Positions 22,374 through 34,329 of a stretch of 64,000 nucleotides of DNA are shown here, piece after piece. Within the stretch, counting starts at the first letter, position 1, and every line of letters starts with the position of its first letter. The position numbers and the translations under genes are program-made. The DNA is from Marsupella aquatica. Its lineage: Eukaryota; Plantae; Marchantiophyta. Under the pieces are notes generated by a model. It did not search any database and was not told the DNA's origin. It was given only the letters and a program-made list of their open reading frames with translations. Location: the NCBI GenBank assembly GCA_973895155.1, contig OZ316891.1, forward strand, positions 28,029,145 to 28,093,144, given 5' to 3'.

Positions 22374-25300
22374 ATGGCGGCATGTTACGAATCAGATGAT
22401 TATTCAGATGGAGTTTCTGATGATGTTTCATTGCCAGATGGCCCCTGCACAGTGGTTGGCCCAGATATCCCTGGAATAACTACTGTTTTAGATATGCCAC
22501 CCCCACCCCTATGAGCAAGTTAAAACGTAGTCCTTTACGACTTGCAATTAGTGGGAAGAAATCATTGGTTGGTGGTAAAGAGAGGTCAGGGAGCTCCTCT
22601 GACTCCTTGGAGAGTATTGGTCCCCCTGGACGTCAAGTTGTATCTCCTTTGTCACCAACAAAGGACAAATTGGGGAGTAATCTGGAAGGTTCAATGCCTA
22701 TTTGGATGTCTGGGAAACGGTCTCATGAATTCATGAAGACTGGATTTGGAAAGACGAAGAAAGCACTAAGTGGGGAAAATGATAGAGATTTTTGTAGTCT
22801 CCAAAGTGTTCAGCGGCTGAAGCAAATGCCAAAAAGTAAAACCTTTGGTAAGCCAACGTCGGAAACATTTCACAGGGGGATGAGGGAAGAAACTAGACGA
22901 CCAGTGTTATTGAAAAGTATTCCAGAAAGGAATTCTAATGTGCGTTCCTCAGTTTTACCTAGGAGTCATGGTGTTGGGGCAGGGAGCAGATCAAGTCATG
23001 GAAACTCAAACAGGGAAACCAACCTGGTGGAGAGGGACCCTAGGAAAATATTAAAAGGGTCCCTACACGGTAATGGAGGGATTTCTGAAATATGCCCAGG
23101 TATTCCAAGGCTGCATAGAGTGAAGGAAGAGCCTCCATCTCCGAAGGTTGCAGGTCTGGAATCTCGGCATGTTCAGAAGCAAATGTTGGTGACCATTTCA
23201 TCATCGAATGAAAGCGAGTCTTCGGAGAGTGGGGAGGATGATGATGTTCCGGTGGCATCTAGTCGTTACAAACGTACGAGCAACGCCACTTTGTGTGAAA
23301 CAAAGTTGAAAGAGGAGGATATCAAGAAAACAAATAGTAAGTACTGTTGTCAGAGTCATTGTCTCCTAAGTCTATCTCCAAAAGAAATTCGTGAGGCGCG
23401 TTCTAAATTTTTGAGGCATAAATCTCAGGATCGATCTTTATCTTTGCAGTGGCTTATAAAGCGAGACGGAAATGAAGGAGGGAGGCAGACTATATCTTAC
23501 ACGTTTGGTCAAAAGAGTATTTGTCGGAAAGCTTTCAAGCTTATATTTTGCGTTGGCAATCATAGATTAAATAGAATTTTGAAATTAGACAACCAAGACT
23601 TAGGATATTCTAAACCAGTTGGACGCCCTCCATCTGTTAAAAGATTAGTCTTGGTCAGTTGGCTTAGGTTGTTTTTTGAGACACGCGTGGAAACATTGCC
23701 AAATAAAGAAGTTTCACATTTACCGGATAATTATTCAAAGCTGGAGGTATGGAAGATCTACGACTCCAACTATGCCAAGATTGATGAATCATCAAAAATA
23801 TCCTATCGACAATTCTTGAAAGTTTGGGTTCAAGAATTTGGTCATGTGAAGATTCCTCCAGTCAATCGATTCAGTGCTTGCGCGGATTGCGAGGAGTTCA
23901 AATCAATTCAGGACAAAGCTGTCTCAGAGACCAAAAAGAGTAAGTTACTTACAAGTTTGACAAGTTTTTGTTTCAAGAATATGGCTTAGCACATGATTTC
24001 TATTTTTTTTTAAGAAACTAACAAGTTGTTTTTCCAGGGCGAGGGGAAATTATGTTACAAAAACATAGAGACCAACAATCCAAAGAACGTGAGAAACTCG
24101 CGAAGCATCGTAAGAAATGTTTTTCAAATTCTGATAAATATTTGGGAGTTGTCATTGATGGGATGGATCAGAAGAAGACAAGGTTGCCTCATTGGCCGCG
24201 GCCCCCAAAATCGGTGGACGAAACATGTTTGATCCAAATGCACGTTGTCGGATGCCTGGTTTTCAATGGTGCACTATTTTCAAGAGTGTTTCTTAATTAT
24301 CCTGTATTGCATAATGATGGAAACTTGACAGTCACAATCCTGCAAAGGGTGTTTCACGAATGGGAAGAAAAGCTTGGTGGCTTGCCGCCTGTTCTCTATC
24401 TTCAACTTGATAATACCAGTAGAGAAAATAAAAATAATTTACTCTTTGCCTATCTTCATATGTTGATTTGAAGAAAGGTTTTTCGGAAAATCAAACTAGG
24501 ATTCTTGTTGGTTGGACACACACACGACCAAATAGATCAAATGTTCAGTCGATTTTCTAAACGACTAGCAAGGTTTAAGGCATTCACATACGAAAGCCTA
24601 TGTGATATTATTTGTGAATCATATCAACCCCAACCAAATATCACTCTTTTAAAGGAAACATATGATTTCCGTCAATATGCCTTCTCAGATCCACCTTTAG
24701 TCATTGAAAGGATTCGAAATGTTACCTTCCACCACCAATACAAATTTGCATTTGACAAGTTGGAAGATCAAGTTCCAACCCAATGGGGGAAGAAGTTTTC
24801 CACGGACGAGTTAACTTGGAAACCTGACGGAGGCGTGAAAGTTTTGAGGGAAGAGGAGCCAGAAAAGGTGATGGGTTGTGCTCCCAGATTACCCCTTTTC
24901 AAAAAGGGGGATAAGAACGTTACAAGGACTCAACCAAATATGTCTAGTTCTTCAAGAATGACTTTGAAGGAGATGGATGATTCGTTAAATGAGATTCAAA
25001 AGGGAATACTTGCAGTTGAAACTTTATTCTCAGAAGAGGAAGTGAACTGGTGGAGAATGTTTTTTGAAGAGCAACGGGAATTGAATAAATCTTTGCTCCT
25101 TGATCAAAGACCATTGATTTTCCCTTTTCAATGGCCACGCTCTCAAGGGGAGATTGCTGTTGCTGCTGAAGTTCCCAGAGTCCTTGTCAATGAAGAGGAA
25201 ATTGAAGAGAGAGTATACGGACCTACCAGAGATATATACGTGGGTCCTTATCGGAATCAAGGAAAGATAGATGCAGAGAAGGAGAATATGGAAGGAGACT

Positions 25301-25773
25301 TTTCGGATCTTGTAGTCAACACTTATATTTCTGTTGCTGGAGAAGAATTGGAAACATTTTGGGTGGCCAAGGTGGAAAGAATTGACCAGCGCGACGAGTT
25401 CAACATTCCAAAAATGATTTATGTTTTATGGCATGCTGCAAAAACCGGGTCAGATCCTTGGAAAGCCAAGTACTTACCAGAAGTCTTAAACTACGAAAAG
25501 AAGAAAAGTGGTCGTGGGAAAGGAACTTTGAAACCAATATGGTTTCACCAAGAGCTTGATTTATCTTCAACGACTGTTTTTGCTTACAACTTCATGTTGA
25601 CAAAATCTGATACATTGTACAAAAAGACAGTAGATCGAATCAAAATCCGATTGACTGAATTTTTGGCAGAAGAGAAAGAGCAAGAACAAGAGAATGGATC
25701 AGCTAGAACCCCGCTAGGAGATAAATCTAGGGATATTTCATTTCAAGAATTGAGGACTTCTGGATCTGAGTAA
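22374..25773 (+). pseudogene. Sola1-like (DUF7869-type) DDD transposase, 2 exons
   Basis: CCQSHCL, ICRKAF, FSACADC..KHRDQQ (C2H), and a catalytic-like triad VIDGMDQ / LQLDNTSRENKN / VGHTHDQIDQMFS. GT-AG intron 23940-24037 keeps the frame. In-frame TGA at 24469 and a probable frameshift in the C-run at about 22505. Confidence 0.8.
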
Positions 25774-26331
25774 TGAAAAGTAGTTATTGTTTGTGACATT
25801 ACCATTGAAAAACATGGATAACTTGAAATTTTACAAATTTTCAAAATGCCCTTACCACTTATTCATGAATTCATGGTTAAAGTTTCTTGAGAAATTTGTA
25901 GTTTAATATTATCTTAGTGGGTGTGTTTCAATTCAATTAGATGGTGTCATTTCTATTCTCCTTGTCTTCTTTTCACAATAATGTGTATCAGGTTAAGTTG
26001 TAGTAATTTATTTTCTGGTTTTTAAATGACAATGGCTTTTGGAGGTGATTTAGTTGTTGTTTCAAAAGACACCTCGTGTAATTGTGAGACCATTGTAGAT
26101 AATAGTGTTGTATTTGAGATCATTTATTGGTGGAATGTAACTTCAGATGAATTTGGTCATTTTTAGGTGTCAAAACATAGCTAGTTTATGTCATATTTTG
26201 TTCGCTCCATATTTTTGCTCTAAAATAGGTGCTAATTTTTGCACTTTTTTTGACTTTTTCGTTGTTTTTCTGATTTTTTGGCTAGAGTTCCTAAAGTATG
26301 GGCTTGTTACTCATCATTTAAGGCTTCTTGT

Positions 26332-26930
26332 TCAATATGCAGCTCGTTTTCTAGCAGCATCTTTCTCCCTGAATTCTCTGGCCAAATGAGGGTCCTCTTG
26401 CATGCTTTGTAGACAGTGAGCTCCTTCACCTAATCGCACACGCAGTACTTCGAGGGCGGCTTGCTTTTGCCCTATCCTAGAGCGCAAACGTGACAATGTT
26501 TCTTTGCCTTCAGCACAGTCATTCTCGATGTTGTGCAGCTTCAACGCAGCTTGAGCGGTTGCCTCTCCATGTAAGCGCAACGCCTCATTTCTAGCAGCAG
26601 TTAATAATACCTCACTTTGCTGCTGAGCATGAAGAAGCAATTGATCAGCTTGCTGCTGAGCATGAAGAAGCAACTGATCAGCTTGCTGCTTGGCATCAAA
26701 AATCAGGCCCGTACTATTGCCGTCTTTTGGTTGAATGCCTCTATTCAATTGCTCAGTGTTGACCTCTTGGCACTGCCCGATAGGCTTGTCATACCATGAC
26801 TTTCGCCTTCAAAAATTGCGCCGTTCTCTTTTTTCTTTCTCTTCTTGGGATTCATCTTGGCGCCCCGCTTGGCGCCGCACTGGTGGCATCTCGCTAAAAT
26901 TGATGGCAGCTCCTACAACACGATGAGCTT
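26332..26930 (-). pseudogene. Coiled-coil protein with 11-residue (hendecad) repeats AQQQADQLLLH
   Basis: ORF 26332-26748 extends upstream in frame through one TGA (26809-26811). There is a 33-bp DNA tandem repeat at about 26617-26690. Confidence 0.5.
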
Positions 26931-27282
26931 TTGAACGTAAGTTCAAAACAATATTTCATAAGTTAAAGAGGCCATGGTCCAAGTTAAATGAGGCTCTAGA
27001 TGGCAAAAATTCATGTGGGAACACCCGCACTCAGGCAAACAAAAAATGGAGTCTAACAACATTGAGATGTCGCGCGGCTTACCCTTTACCAACGAGGTGA
27101 ACACCCTACATTGCACAAGACGGTCGCCAAGCTTTTTGCTAGTTCTATGGATGATCTTTAGAATTTGTCGAATCCGCTTGAGGCCAGAAGCTCTCTGGTA
27201 AAACTCCTGAAGCAAACCCGCAAAACATTACCGCAGATAGTCGACAGCCCTTCAATTCCCATGGCTCCCTGCCTCTTCCGTA

Positions 27283-27310
27283 GAGTCCTAGCTGAGCCTA
27301 GCTAGGACTC
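27283..27310. other. Hairpin with 11-bp perfect stem (GAGTCCTAGCT-gagcct-AGCTAGGACTC)
   Basis: Direct inspection; lies 12 bp outside the right 14-bp inverted repeat. Confidence 0.8.
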
Positions 27311-28168
27311 CTTAGTCTACGCGTAATTAAGTATTTTGAAATTCAAATCGCTACTTAAGTCTTGTTTCATTGGTATTCATTACCACTTGGACTTCCTTTT
27401 AAGTCCTTTTGTCCTTAACCATTGAATCATTAATGGACGCTACTCCTAATCAAACCTCCTAGCACGCTTCCAAATGGACTGCTGGAGGTGAGGGGAAGAT
27501 CTCACCTTCCATTCTCAATAAAGCAATCCAGGCCATTAGGTGTAACACCTTGTCCATCCCTTGAAAAAAGGGAAGGACTGGAATCCTTTTGGTGGAGATT
27601 TTGGATATCCTTTTTGCCCCCCTCAAGCTTGCATTTGACCCATATGAAGGAGTAACTTGTCCATTGAGTGTATGCAAAAATGCTCTTTGTTTGATGGATT
27701 CTTGTTTGAGATACCCATGAGGAGATGCAGGTTCAAAAGTGGGACAAAATGGAGGCCAAAACCAGGTAAGAGGTCTTACTTTTGCCCTAGTTATTGTTAT
27801 TTCAAATTCTGATTGATGATTGTTGATGAAACCTGAGTTTGATACCCTAGAGCATGGAGAAAGTGATGTTTATGTTGTGTTTTTGAGAAGAGTGATTCAA
27901 AATCAGGTAAGAGCTCTTACTCTTGCCTTGGATGAGGTGTTCCTTGTTTCAATGCTTGTCGATTATTGCAAGCCTTGTGTTGGTTCTTGGAAGTTATGAT
28001 GATGAAGATATATGAATGATTTGCTATTGGGAAGGGTCCTTGGCTGTTGTGGGGTGTTTGACCAGTCAAAAGGGTGGCATAGGGAGGTTATAGGAAGAGG
28101 ATTCAGCCCGTGAGTTGTTAGGTCTTCCATAACTCGTATAGCTATCAAGAGACTAGGCAGGAGCTACA

Positions 28169-28579
28169 ATGGCAAATGATGAGGAGCCCACTAGTGGGTC
28201 AGTTAATATGAGGAGTGTTCAGGAGCTTTCTGATCTTTTCATAGCTATTCAGTCAGCTTTGAGAAGGGATGAGAGTAGAAGAGAGGACGTTGGTAGAAGG
28301 GAAAAGAATGAAAAGGTTCTAGAGGATAGGGTTACTAAGTGTTTACAAGCTGTCCTTTCTAGTGAAGGAGAGTTCAAGGGCAAAGATGTAACCAGGTATT
28401 TGAGAGTATATTGGAGACAAGTTGAGGTTTTTAAAATTGACCAAGCTACTGCTGTTTTGGAGTTTTCAACTCTTGTTGAGCCTGAGTTGAAGGATGTGGT
28501 TTCAAGGCTAGGGTTTGGCCTTGAAGAGGAGAATGAGTGGGAAGAGTTTGTTAAGAAGATGAAGCATCAAAAACCTTGA
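28169..28579 (+). pseudogene. Truncated Ty3/Gypsy-type gag fragment
   Basis: GEFKGKDVTRYLRVY...WEEFVKKMK resembles the retrotransposon capsid F.G.dv..fL..y...W..F pattern and ends abruptly. Confidence 0.55.
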
Positions 28580-31500
28580 AAATTACCCTGGTACCTACAG
28601 TACATGGAGGGAGAGGGTTGTCATCTAGTTATGCTCTCATATTTTAAAAGCTTTGACCCAACTTCATACCATGGTCTCCATTACACAAAGAAAGTTCGCT
28701 GTCATTCTCATTTGCAACTAAATGGGGGACCCACATGTTGTAATGAATGTGTTGTCCAGGAACAATTCTTATAAATATTTGGAGTGGCCTATTCATAGAA
28801 CAACTTCCTGGAGCATGCGTAGAGAGTGGAGTGTGCAGAGTGTGGTAAGTATAAGTGTGTGAGGTGGAGACCATGTGGGAAGGCATCCAGGGTTGCCAGA
28901 GCCTAGTCCTGCCAATGGAGAGAGATTAGTGAGTACTCTTTGTCCTGTGGGTGGGAGGGTCATTCGCCATGGGTGACACGTCCCCCTGTTGCCTGCTCCC
29001 TCCCCACCCCGCCCTGTGTTAAGCTTACCTCTCAGTCTTGGGTTACCTCTCGTAGTCTAATCAGTGTTAGGGCCTTAATGATGATTCAACTTGCCTAGAC
29101 GCGCCTAGCACAAAGAGGAGCTAGGGAGAGCTCCTTGGTGAGACTCGTGTTCATTTGTAGCAAGCTAGGAGCTAGGCTAACAATCTTGGAGCTTGTACTT
29201 GCCTGGAGGCTTGCCTTGGCTATGGTGGCCATGCCAAAGCTTAGTAAAACTCTTGTATTCATGTGGACATACCCTTGACAAAGGTAAATCATGTATTCAC
29301 AACCTCGTTCATGATGTTTGTGTGATGTGTGCCTGCACCGTCATACACAAGAAACAAAGGGTGAACAGTGCAATGTGAATGGTAAGAGCTTCTTACATCC
29401 TTTCACTGTTTTAGAGACCACCCCCTTCTCAACCCAAAACAATTTACACTAGAGTCAATGTGGGCACATGGTCCATGTTGGGTACTGGTCATGCTTCAAT
29501 GTCAAATTTTCACTTAGTCAGCCCACAGCCAAATCAGCTTTGCACAGTCCATACCAATGCTCCTGAGTGTAGTCAGGTCAGAGCTCAACGGAGCAAACAA
29601 AATGTGCCCAGGCCTTCTCAACAACAGCCTGTGGTGCGTTCCAAACCCTCTAACTACCAGAAACACCACTAACAAGCCACTCCCTTCAATTTCCGGTCTC
29701 TTAGTGGGTGGTTCTGTGTACTTATTGGGATGGGACGTTGCTAATCCCTTAGACACAATTACTGGTGAGATTCTTTCACCGGGTTATGAGGGATGATGCC
29801 AACCTCTTCCGCCCACACTTTAAGTCTCAATCTTCTTCAAGTATATTTGTATTCCACCCCTGGAATTTGCCTGATCGGCTTGGTGGTCGTTGAGGGTCTT
29901 TATCAGTCAAGCACATCGAACACTTAATCTTCACTTCTTGTCTCAGTCTCAGTCTCTCCTAGTTGGTGTGGGCAATCTCCAAACAAGCCGATGCAACACA
30001 CAAATAGCAAAAATGACTCTCACTAATTGAGATATAACCATGCAACATCCATAAACTCAGTACATCTTGTGTTCATGATCTATTACCTTAGTCATGAGGC
30101 CAACTCTATTCAGGTCATTAGTACAAGGAAAGTAGTCGAGAGCTTCCTAATGATGCACTAAAGGCGTTGCTGATGCACTAAAGGCTTGTCTTAGTGAAAA
30201 AACCATGATCTCCCCATTGCCTAGGTATTTATCCTAGCAACATGCCTGTTGTCCTACTTATGCATAATCCTAAGTCTTTACTCCTACTATAATCTACCTA
30301 TGTATAGCGGGGCAAGAGCACAAGTGTTTCTCTTGCCAAAGGATCCTCACTCCAAACTAATCTAAGTATCAGGGCCGCCTTTTGCCCCTGATCCTAATCC
30401 TAGAGGAGTGCGCCCATCTAACCGACTCACGCATCCTTCCCCACGTCCGCCCTCCCTAAAGGGGATGGCCCTCCCCCACTGTCATGCCAATGGTGGCCTG
30501 TCCTCAATGGAAGCCCCCAATCCTTCCTCCACATCCAGTATTGTGGGTCTGTCTTGTGATATGTTCCCTGTTACTGACCCGGTTAACCCAAAATTGGTGT
30601 TGTTTGGTTATGTTTGGGCTGGCAGGGCGGCTTTGGCTTTTGCCAAAAGAGTATCATTTGGAAATGTCACATGACTAGAAATGTTCAATATATACAGCCT
30701 GGTGTAATGGATACTAGAGTAGTACATATCGAATCTTGAATGTCAGGGTAGTCTGACCATATGGAGAGCACCAAAATGTTCAATGTGCATACTATTATCA
30801 TTGCTTATGGTCTTAAAGTTGGTTTATATCTATATTGAAAATGGAGTGCACTGGTTTGGATTGAGGCTATATATAACAAAGGTTTAACTTCCTAACAACT
30901 CCATTATTGTTTGCATAGTAAGCATGGACCCAATCAACCCAGATCCAATAGCGCAATCTCCATCATGGCTGAACAGTGATTCTGAGCCTAAAATCTTTGT
31001 CACCCCATATTGCATTATGTTCAACTTTGCTAATTATTTGCTAAGTTGCTTTGTTGTGTGTGTGTTTAAGAGGGTGACTTGTAGTAGCTAGTCACCTGGT
31101 AAGGGTGACCCTTTCACCCAGGTCACCACTTGTTGTGCCAAGGAAGGGGGGTTATACTTTGGAGAATGAGGATTGAGACCTCATTCTTCCAAGTTGAGCC
31201 TTTAGGCACTAGTAGGGTCTTGTCGTATGAGTATGACTATGTTGTGACAGTGGAGCCATGCCGGTTAATATGTTAGCACATTGGTCAAAATTTTGCTATG
31301 TGCATAGACAAGACTAGCGGGTGGGTTTGACTTGACTTATAGTACATTGCAATGGGGTTTTGTTTTGCATGAGATTACTTGGAAGAATTAAGAGAGGGTT
31401 CTGAGTTTGCTGGACTATGCAGGCAGCAGAGGAGCTTGGTAGAGATTTGATAATTCGTTTGTTTGTTCATCCATGAGAGTGAATCGTTGGTGCCTTGGTT

Positions 31501-32492
31501 CGTGGACATCCGCTGATCGTGGTATTGAGTCCTCGATTGAGTTGCTGGTCGGTAACAATTATTTGAGTGGGGAAGCATTGTTGAAATCCAGCAGGTTGAG
31601 CTCTGATCCTATTGAATGCAAAGTGGTTCAACCTGATTGCATCGAGAGCTTGTGGTGGTGGCTATTGCTTGTTGTGTGCCAATTGAATGGATGTGTAAGC
31701 TCTGTCCATTTTTGGTTAGAGAGAAGGGGCTACAGATTTTTGTGCGAGGAAATGTCATGCAAAGCCATGACAAACTTTAGATAGAAATAGAGTTGTAAAA
31801 CCCAATTTATAACACTATTTTTTGGAGCCCATGTCAATACGGTTGCGTGGGTGAATTCTGAGTGAAAAATGAGATGGGAAATGGATGTTAGACCCTTGCA
31901 AAGTTTACTAGAATTTTGGTTTGTACTTGAATTTTTTTTTACTGTTTTTCCGATGGGATTTTGTGACAAAATTGCTTGTTGAATTGTGGTATAAACGCGG
32001 GTGTAAACATTGAGTTTTATATAGTTGGAATGTTGACTAATTTGATGGCTTGCCCTAGTTTTTAGCTTAGCAAGTGCTTAAAACAAAACTTGTTTAGACC
32101 CTACCCTAGTCTTGGGGACAAGAGGGGTCCCAAGTCAAACCCTGGTTTTAGTGAGTGGCATATTATTTTTGGAGAAGAAAATCCTTTGGGCGAGACTCAA
32201 GAGATTTGTTTTTTGGGTATTTGTGTATGAGGGGCTCAAGGCCTGCCCACCCACCTTCACTTGGAGTTATTCTTTTTTTCCCTTGTTGGTTCTCTTTGGC
32301 ACTTGTTTACTCATTTGAGATTTTCCAGTGTACCTTGTTAACCTTTTTTCCACCCCCTTTTGTATCCCTTTTGGTCCATTTCCATTGTGTACTTTCCCTG
32401 CAAGTAATATCAAAATGTGTTAATGTATGATATGCAGTTGTTAATTTAAAGGAAAATAACAAGAAATAAATGGACTGATATTGTACACCATA

Positions 32493-33189
32493 TCTACAAC
32501 TATAATAGGCAATCCATCCATTTTTGTCCTTCGTCCCGTTATAATATTCAATATCGGGGGGAATCAAAACTGGTTGTTAGATATTTGAGTGAATTTATCG
32601 TATCCGTTTGATTCACTTGTGATTACTTCTACTCCCAACAATACCATCCGGGCCCTCTATGCCTGCCTCGCAAATGCCTGCCTCGCGAATACGTGCCTCA
32701 CGCTGGACCCTTGCGTCGCCAACAATGAGGGGATAACGATGCCTCATCATTCCCCCTCCCCTCTGTGCCTCATCATTCCCTCCCTCCTTGTGAATGCTCC
32801 CCCCATGCCTCTGTTAGTCTCTGTCCCCTCCCCTCAGTGCCTTAATTATGGACCCCCTCCCCTCCATGCCTCATCATTCCCTCCCTCCTTGTGAATGCTC
32901 CCCCATGCCCATGTCAGTCTCTGTCCCCTCCCCTCCCCTCAGTGCCTTAATTATGGACCCCCCTAAATTTTGTCTGTCGTTTGCTTACAAAAACAGTTCT
33001 GCGCGGGAATGATCAGCAGCTGTTGGATTCTTTTGCACTTTTTCCCTAACCGTTCAATGTAAAATTGGGACCCTTGAATGCAAAAGGGGTGAGGCAGGGG
33101 TACGTCCGACTGCCCACGACCTCCTCGACTCCTAGCACGTCTTCATTTTCTGACTCACCCAATTGTGCAACGCAGGGGCATGGGACTCG
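32493..33189 (+). mobile_element. Non-autonomous Helitron-like element (degenerate copy)
   Basis: 5' end A|TCTACAACTATA; the first ~100 bp are similar to 42482-42580. The degenerate 3' end is TTGTGCAACGCAGGGGCATGGGACTCG. There is an internal ~100-bp duplication at 32766-32963. Confidence 0.55.
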
Positions 33190-34329
33190 GATGTCATATT
33201 TTGATATGCACCTATCCGAACTTGTGCTTTATTCACTTTTGTGCCTTTGTATTTTGTGTTATCTAGTTACTATAAAGGAAAGAAAAAGAGAATTCTTTTG
33301 ATAATTAAATTATTATTATTTAAAAGAGGAGATCACGATGGGGGGCTGCCCAAGGTGGCAGGACCGCAGGAGCCTCACCCATGAGCTGTAAGTAAAGCAC
33401 AAGGTACAAGGGACAAGAGGACAAGGTACAAGAGGACAAGGTACAAGGTACAAGATAGTTGAGTGAAGTGATCCTTCACTGTTTTCCTTGGCATAATAAA
33501 GAATCTTGTGAGAGAGGGGAGCACATGTCTGTCGGTCCATTCCTTTGGCAGATGTACCGGTCAGTACATGTGTACTATAAGTACAAGTGTCTTTTACTCC
33601 AGTTTGGAGCCGATAGGCAAGTATACGAATCCTATGCACTACAACTTTGTTGCCATCAGTTTCATGAGGGCGTATAGGCCACAAACGAGGCGTATTACAC
33701 CGTATTCTCTGTATATTATCGTATTTTGTCATATCCTTGTATTTTGAGTAGTTTCCGCGTAGGTTCTGTTGTAGGAAGCTTCTAGGAAATCTGTAGCAGG
33801 AACCCGAGAACTGTTTTGAAGAATTCTCCTACACCATTTTGAGCCGCCCTTGGTTGACAGGCCATAGCTTGGCCATCTAATGTCCATTTTACTTGCCCAT
33901 TGTAGGGGGTGGGTGCGGTGGCTAGCTGTTTGGCCATATTTAGGTGGTCTTGTTGCTTTCGTTGGCGGTAATTGCCTTGGTTGATTGTAGTGTTGTAATA
34001 GTGTCATAGCTTGTTACAATGCCAAGCTAGAGACAGGAGTGACTCGGAGTGGTTTGGCACTAGATCTTGTCTGAAGGACCATCCTTCTCACATGTTTTGG
34101 GAGATACTGCAAGTCATGAGGTATTTGTAAGAGCATCAACTTACATCTACATCTTTAACATACATTTTAGAGAATGTTACATTGTTGGATGATACTAGAT
34201 TACAGTTAGTGACTAGTATGCACCAAGTGAGGTCTTGGTTAGGACCCATAATTTTCTTGGATGGAGCTAACATTGGATTCATTGCACATTGTCCAAGATT
34301 ATGATGGACCAACCTAATGTCATCGAAGG

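Larger units (their letters stand above)
5087..27270. mobile_element. Putative giant multi-gene DNA transposon (two Sola-like transposases, ParB-MTase, RPA-like and coiled-coil genes); about 15.7 kb without the nested Copia; ends provisional
   Basis: Five tightly packed genes with a similar degree of decay. A perfect 14-bp inverted repeat sits at 5087-5100 (AGGGAGCCATGGGA) and 27257-27270 (TCCCATGGCTCCCT). No internal TIRs were seen between genes and no TSD was found. Confidence 0.55.

Noticed and set aside
5087-27320. Classifying the giant block as a Helitron because of the RPA-like gene and hairpin
   Set aside because: No Rep/helicase was found, the hairpin is followed by CTTAG rather than a correctly spaced CTRR, and DDD transposases are present.
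4988-27460. Alternative TIR pair AGGAGGTT..AGCGTCC (4988-5005 / 27435-27460)
   Set aside because: It needs a gap and mismatches and gives no TSD; too weak to call.
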